Source of the DNA: Pristiophorus japonicus
Lineage: Eukaryota
Assembly (NCBI RefSeq): GCF_044704955.1
Contig: NC_092007.1
Location: 4,960,001-5,024,000, forward strand
DNA: 64,000 nt
Direction of reading: 5' to 3'
Shown here: positions 63,041-64,000 of the stretch, in pieces
Layout: each line of letters starts with the position of its first letter
Position numbering within the stretch: position 1 is the stretch's first letter
Notes under the pieces: generated by a model
Seen by the model: only the letters and a program-made list of their open reading frames with translations
Databases searched by the model: none
Told to the model about the DNA's origin: nothing
Translations under genes and position numbers: made by a program

Positions 63041-64000
63041 CTGAAAATATTCAACAACAAAAAACACGCTCTTCATTATTGCTCTGATTAACCCAGGTTT
63101 CTCGATAGCATTTAACAACATGTATGGGACTATTAAGATAGAAATCAACTCACATTTATTTAGTGCTTTTCCAAACCTCGCAACCCACTTTACAGCCAAT
63201 GAAGTACTATGGAAGTTTATTCACTGTTGCACTGTAGGTAACGTGGCAGCTGTATTGCGCATAGCATGCTCCCACAAACAGCGATGAGATAAATAAGCAG
63301 ATAATCTCTTTCAGTATTACTGGTTGAGGGATAAATAATTGCCAAGGCATCGGAGAGCGCTGCGCCTGCTCGTCTTCAATCGATTCAGTATTACAGCATC
63401 CCTTAGAAAATGCAGCTATCCACATCGCATACTCCAATCTGCTCCTCCGTTATCCGATATCTTATTTCAGTCCATAAGTTGCGTTTAAAGTTATTCTGCG
63501 CCAATTGTCAGTATTTTGACACGTGATAGTTTGCTCAGAATATCAATAAAACTGACATTCGGCTGAAAAAACTGCGTGAAAATAAATTGAACTGAGCAAT
63601 TGTAAATTGAATGATGGACTGTGCCCCACTAATGTTACAGTGAGCGCAAATATGGTTTCATAGAGTGTGTCACTAATTCAGAAAGTTCTGTTTTATAAAC
63701 GATGACACATTCCTTCTAGTGTTTTATATTACACTTTCTATCTTCGTTAAAAAAGGCGACAATAATCAAATTCAGAAGACCAGAATATAAACTTGACGGG
63801 GATTATTCTCATCTGAATTTCGCGAGCAGCATGAACCAGAGCCAAACACTACTAAAATTAAGAATGGTATACGTCCTAAATTGCAAATAATCAGAGAAAA
63901 ATACAACATTACTGCATAGGAGGAGGACATTCGGCCCATCATGTTCCTGCCGGCCAATTTAGCATTATCCAGCCTAATTCCATTTTCAAGCTCATCGTCA

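Larger units (their letters stand above)
9991..64000. repeat. Tandem segmental duplication, about 13.55-13.58 kb unit, about 4 copies (starts ~9991, 23571, 37130, 50678; last copy truncated)
   Basis: ORFs and intergenic sequence recur at offsets of about +13579, +27127 and +40681 with very few differences. Confidence 0.97.

Noticed and set aside
1-64000. CRISPR arrays, operons, rRNA/tRNA genes
   Set aside because: None seen; the sequence is intron-rich vertebrate DNA, and tRNA-like boxes belong to SINEs

Overview
Eukaryotic genomic DNA, most likely from a cartilaginous fish (inferred from the CR1-like LINE, Deu-type SINE and Penelope-like repeat content). From about 9,990 to the window end there is a head-to-tail tandem array of about four 13.55-13.58 kb units. 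The array carries a minus-strand family of Siglec/MAG-like immunoglobulin-superfamily receptor genes: signal peptide, V-set, three C2-type Ig domains, TM and tail. I reconstructed the exons by hand from splice sites and phases. The terminal copy A (CDS 14665->5335, 8 exons, 527 aa) has an uncharged TM and a tail with an ITIM (VVYAAV) and an ITSM-like motif (TEYAAL), i.e. an inhibitory-type receptor. Copies B, C, D and the partial copy E have an Arg in the TM (SIRNAVAV / SIRTAAAV), short tails and a decayed relic of the ITIM exon, i.e. activating-type receptors. B-D have near-identical ectodomain exons to A; the ectodomain of E lies outside the window. The locus therefore looks like a paired inhibitory/activating Siglec-like receptor cluster with a homogenised ectodomain. 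All V-set domains lack the canonical sialic-acid-binding Arg. Most ORFs in the supplied track are spurious frames over retroelement debris or antisense to exons. Repeat boundaries are approximate.
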